A stretch of DNA of 64,000 nucleotides from the human T2T-CHM13v2.0 reference genome, Homo sapiens. The notes below the pieces were generated by a model. It saw only the letters and a program-made list of their open reading frames with translations, searched no databases and was not told the origin of the DNA. The first letter of the stretch is position 1. Each line of letters opens with the position of its first letter. A program made the translations under genes and the position numbers. The DNA is taken from assembly GCF_009914755.1 (NCBI RefSeq), contig NC_060947.1; one strand, written 5' to 3'. Below, piece after piece: positions 59,270 to 64,000 of the stretch.

Positions 59270-60385
59270 TTTTTAAAAATAGACTTTGTTTTTTAGAGGA
59301 GTTTTACGTTCACAGCAGGACTAAGTGGAAGGAAGAGAGGTTTCTCATATACCATCTAGCCCTACGAACATACAGCTTCCCCCACCATCAAAACTTCATA
59401 CCACAATGGTATGTTACAATTGATGAGCCTACATTGATACAATGTCAGCCAAAGTCCATAGATTACATTAGGTTTCACTCAGTGTTGTACATGCTATAGG
59501 TTTGGGCAAGTATTCAACGATGTGTCCACCACTATAGAATCATACAGGTTGAACATCTCAAATCTAAAAATCTAAAATTCAAATGCTCCAAAATTCAAAA
59601 CTTTTGAAGTGCTGATAAGATGTCCAAAGCAAATGCTCATTGGAGCATTTTGGATTTCAAATTTTCAGATTTGGGATGCTCAACTGGTAAGTGTAATGTA
59701 AATATTTCAAAATCGCCCCCCCCCCCCCAAAAAAAAAAGGAAATCTGAAACACTTCTGGTTGCAAGCATTTCGGATAATATATAATCACTGCCTTAAAGA
59801 TCTTCTGTAATCTGTCTATACATTCCACCTCCTGCCGCAACCCCTGGCAACCACTGAAACCACTCATCTGTTTACTGTGATCATAGTTTTGCCATTTCTA
59901 GAATGCCACATAGTCGAAATTCAACAGTATGTAACCCTTTCAAATTAGCTTCTTTCACTTAGTAATATGCACTTACAGTTCCCCCATATTTGTTGGTCTT
60001 TTTTCATGGCTTTATAGCTCATTTCAAAGGTCCTGAATAATATTCTATTGGCTGCATGTACCTGTTCATTCATTCATTCACTCACCTATGGAAGGAGAGC
60101 TTGATTGTTTACAAGTTTGGTCAATTATGAATAATTATAAATATTTGCACTCAGGTTTTTGTGTGGATATGTTTTAAGCTTATCTGGGTAAATACCAAGG
60201 AGTACAATTGCTAGATCATATGATAAGTGTGTGTTTAGTTTTGTGAGAAACTGCCAAATTGTTTTCCAAAGAGGCTGTACCCTTTTGCATTCCCACCAGC
60301 AATGAAAGAGATTTTGTTGTTACATAACCTGGTCAGCATTTGATGTTGTCAGTGTTTTGGATTTTGGCCATTCTAAGAGGTGCTT
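59270..60385 (-). mobile_element. L1MC-like 3' fragment
   Basis: aatagactttgttttttagaggagttttacgttcacagca...tggtatgttacaattgatgagcc. Confidence 0.85.
59545..59780. mobile_element. Tigger4a/MER46-type nested in L1MC
   Basis: ta|caggttgaacatctc...aaatgctccaaaatt...aagcatttcggataa. Confidence 0.8.
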
Positions 60386-61744
60386 AACAGGTAAATATTT
60401 TTAAGTAACAATAATGATGCTTTCTTAAAAAGATTTTAAAAAAATTCTTCAAGAATCAGCGACACACTCCTAAAATCCAAATACTGAACAGGAGTGCATG
60501 TTCACATTCTCCAGTCCAGTTACTTTTCAGTAACATAGACAACAGCACTGCCCTACTAAAAATCTTCAAGTGATGTGTTCTCAAAACATCATCAGAGAAT
60601 TAAAATTAGCGAAGACAAGAGAAAAATAATAACCTCTGAATCAAATAGATACCTTTTAAAGGGATAGTCATTACTGTTACAAAATATAGAGAAGATTGTA
60701 TACTTGCTATTATATTTACATAAATATTATTAGGAAACTCATCAAATGCCTCACTGAGAATTTAAAAAGTATTTTGTATCAGCTTTATATAAAAGCCTAT
60801 CAAAAGTGAAATGGGATTAATTTACTATTACACATTCTTATTCATTCTGTTTTCTTGCTCATCACTTTATACAATTATATATTTTTAAAAAGTACTTATT
60901 GCCTTTGTATTTTGTCGATGATAGGTTGTAAGGTACTGTAGTACAGAAGCTGCATCTATGCCTGTGTGTCTCCTAAACAGTCATTGATTCAATTAATATT
61001 TGTGGACCTGTTTTCCAGCTATCATGCTAGTTTCCAGAAGTATGATCAAAAATTACAACAAAAGCGATCCACACTTACACACACAACAGCAGTCCTAATT
61101 CTCAAGAACCTGTATTATAGACAGTAATATAGATACATAAAAACAATTAAAATTCAGCTTTAATAAGAGAAACCTCTGGTGTTTGGTTTTATGTTAATTG
61201 TACTGTGTCATGATAGTATGTGTGTATTTTTCCCTAAACATAATGATCCTAGTTTGTCTTCTATTAGTATTTTAGTAGTATATGCCTGAATGTGAGTTTT
61301 AATTTGACATTGTAAAGTCAATAAATAACGGGAGATTAAATATAAAACATTTAAACCTCTTCAGTTAAGATGGCATGGAAATTTCATGACTTGACACTTA
61401 TTTAATATATAGAAGAATAAGAAAGAAAATATAAAAAAAGAAAGAGTGTTATAACACAGTAGGACTTAGACACAATCTTGGCACCTCCACATATCAGACA
61501 CAGTAGCTGCAGTCCTGACAGACTATTTTCCCCCCATGGGTAGTGGCTTCGCATTTAGATTCCTTCACTAAGAGTCCACATGTACAGGATAAACTAGAAT
61601 TAAGATCACTGCTTGAAGTCACAAGTTATGGCAAAAGTTCACCCAGCAATCATTCTTGAAAAGAAAAATGTCTTAAAAATTTTGCTGACCTGCTGCCTGA
61701 GAGCCTATTATGTTAGGAATCTGTTACACTAGAGATACGGGAAG

Positions 61745-61746
<2 letters not shown>

Positions 61747-61787
<41 letters not shown>
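61747..61787. repeat. (AC)20 microsatellite
   Basis: Direct observation. Confidence 0.98.
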
Positions 61788-61789
<2 letters not shown>

Positions 61790-62044
61790 CATGAAGGCAG
61801 AAGCAGCCCAAAACAAATGAATTTGAGTACTGAATCTTCAATATTTCTAATTAATTATCACCACAAACAGCACTCCACGTGGTAGTAGACTATCTGAATC
61901 TAGGCAGCTATTCCAGGGGCCAGATGGGGACAACAGCAAAGTGGTGGAACAGATATAATAAACACAATGACAATAAAAGCAAACCCTTTTACTCTAAATG
62001 CTCCAGAAATCTGTGAATAAATAAAGGCCTAAAAAAGGCAGAAA

Positions 62045-62083
62045 ACCACCACCACCACCACCACCACCACCACCACAACCACA
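62045..62083. repeat. (ACC)10+ trinucleotide repeat
   Basis: Direct observation. Confidence 0.95.
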
Positions 62084-64000
62084 ATGATTCAACCATGAGT
62101 TCAGTCTAGATGAAATTATTCTCATATAGATGTCTGAAGAACATTTTTAAATAATATGTTTAGAATTCTCAACAATAAAATTAAAAGATAAAACTCAATA
62201 AAAAGAACAAGTAGTTATAAAACAAAAGCATGTAGAAATTAAAATAATTTCATATTGAGAAGAAAAAAGCTATAAATGTTGGAAATGAAAAATGTAGTAA
62301 ATGAATCAATTTTAAAGAAATAAACAGCTTAAGTATCTGGATTGAACAAGAAGATAAAATTAGTGAATTAGAAGATACTAATGAAGAATTCATCCAGAAC
62401 GTAACACAGGGAGGCAAGTAAATGTTAAAAATAAAATACTAAGGACATAAAAGATGGACAATATTATACGACAATAAGAGTTCCTAAAGAAGAGAATGAA
62501 TGGAATTGCAGAGAAGCCAGATTTAAAGATAATGGCTGATAATTTTATAGAACTGATGATAGACAAAGGGCAAGGTTTATCTAAGAAAGTTTTGAAGAAA
62601 AACAAGTTAGGGTGTCTGGCCCTACCACATGTCAGGGCTAAATATAAATCTATGGTAATTGAGACATATTATAGTACTGGCACAGGAATTGGCAAATGAA
62701 GAACAGAACAAAAAAAGATGCCCAGAAATACTAATGTACATACTAATCTAATGTACATGTATATACTAATCTCGATGCAAAACAGAGGTGACACTACAGG
62801 TGAATAGAGAAAAGGTAGACATTTAAACAATGATGGTAGGACAGTTATTTACTCTAAAATAATTCACAAAATTATTCACTATTCACAAAAAAACCCCTAA
62901 AAATTATTTCCAAGTTTATTTAGAGACCGATGAGTGAAAGGGAAAAACTGTAATACCTAAAGAATTACATGAAAATAAGAAATAGACCAAAAGTCAATTG
63001 AAAAATTGGCAAAGGACATGAACAGATGATTCAGAGCAGGAAATAATAAAGGGTCAATGAATATAAAAGATACATTGATCAAAAAACAAATGAGATATAA
63101 TTTCATACTCATCAAATTGATAAAAATTATAAAGTGTCAATATCTAGTTGATAAGAATTTGAAAAATGGGGGATGCATACACTACTGTTGGAGGCATAAA
63201 TTGGTACCACCATTCTAAAATCAAGTACGGCAAAATGTTATATTAATATTATTTTTAGTCATCCTCCAGTTGTTTGACATATTTCATAATAATAAAATAT
63301 ATACATGTATCAAAATAGCTCAATTTAAATTAGAAAATGAATATACATGACCTATCTTTAAGAACTAGTTTGTATGTTTACCATTTCCATTTGAACATTT
63401 TTTATTCATTTCTCTTATAGATCCTATATATTTAATGTGTTCTTGCTTTTGCTGTTAAAGGCAAGACTGGAGACTTCTTTAAATTACAGTGCTTTATCAA
63501 CATGCATCATTTTAGATTCACAAGCATCCTTAACCAGAGTCAGAGAGCTTTTTAAAAAATATATATATATATATATAGAAAACTGCTCCCTTTTACTTTC
63601 TGTGTTATATGGATTTTGAGTTTCTTAGTTTTGAGCTATGGAATTTTCTTTCTATGGGTTTATTCTTTTTAAAAGTAGTGCTATTTAGATTTCCATTTAT
63701 ATATTGTTCTTTAGCCCCTTAAGCAAATCATCAGACTTAAGGGCACCATTCATAATACTATTATTACATATTATTAGTCAAATATCTATAAAAAGATGAA
63801 TATGACACCAAGTGATAGAATGTCATCAGTCTCTCTAAAAATAATAGTAATAAAAATAGTAATACAATCATACAAGAAGTTGTTTGCTCAGGTTAAATTT
63901 AATTTATACCCTGAAATAATAAGAATTATATTGCTTTGCACGTCTGGGAAACAGAACTTACAAAAAAGGGAAACTGACTCATAAAGTACTTATATTTTAA

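Larger units (their letters stand above)
61370..63240 (+). mobile_element. Old L1M (ME-type) fragments: 5' region, ORF1 and ORF2 pieces
   Basis: aagataaaattagtgaattagaagata (ORF1); LGCLALPHVRAKYKSMVIET (ORF2-like). Confidence 0.65.

Noticed and set aside
62045-62083. (ACC)n as a possible poly-His/Pro/Thr coding or expansion locus
   Set aside because: Short, intronic, inside an old L1, with no ORF context.
63833-63844. CTCTAAAAATAA MEF2-like site
   Set aside because: Isolated motif expected by chance in AT-rich sequence; no supporting cluster.

Overview
Human genomic DNA from the 5' end of the dystrophin gene (DMD, Xp21), which is transcribed on the minus strand. The only coding sequence is the muscle isoform (Dp427m) first exon, about 11399-11673. 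Its 31 coding nt read ATG CTT TGG TGG GAA GAA GTA GAG GAC TGT T (MLWWEEVEDC-Y) and end at a GTAAGT donor. The CpG-poor muscle promoter lies just upstream, with a CArG box at -91, a GC box, an E-box and an ATA box. Bases 1-11398 are muscle intron 1. Bases 11674-64000 lie upstream of the muscle promoter, inside intron 1 of the more distal cortical isoform Dp427c (established gene structure; that exon is not in this window). From memory, unverified, the window corresponds to hg19 chrX:33,218,001-33,282,000. The rest is AT-rich sequence full of Alu, L1, L2, MIR, ERVL-type LTR and DNA-transposon fossils plus microsatellites; subfamily names were assigned by eye and are tentative. I see no evidence of a new gene or multi-gene system, and the ORF track is noise or repeat-derived. 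Best leads: (i) a strong splice acceptor and a complete AATAAA poly(A) signal hidden in the muscle 5'UTR; (ii) an ancient ~1.2 kb local duplication (14.4-17.4 kb vs 29.9-31.1 kb) masked by later insertions; (iii) an NF-kB site next to an exact copy of the promoter CArG box at about -23.8 kb; (iv) a 93-bp-arm hairpin at 38.5 kb; (v) a myogenic E-box cluster where the DME1 enhancer is expected.
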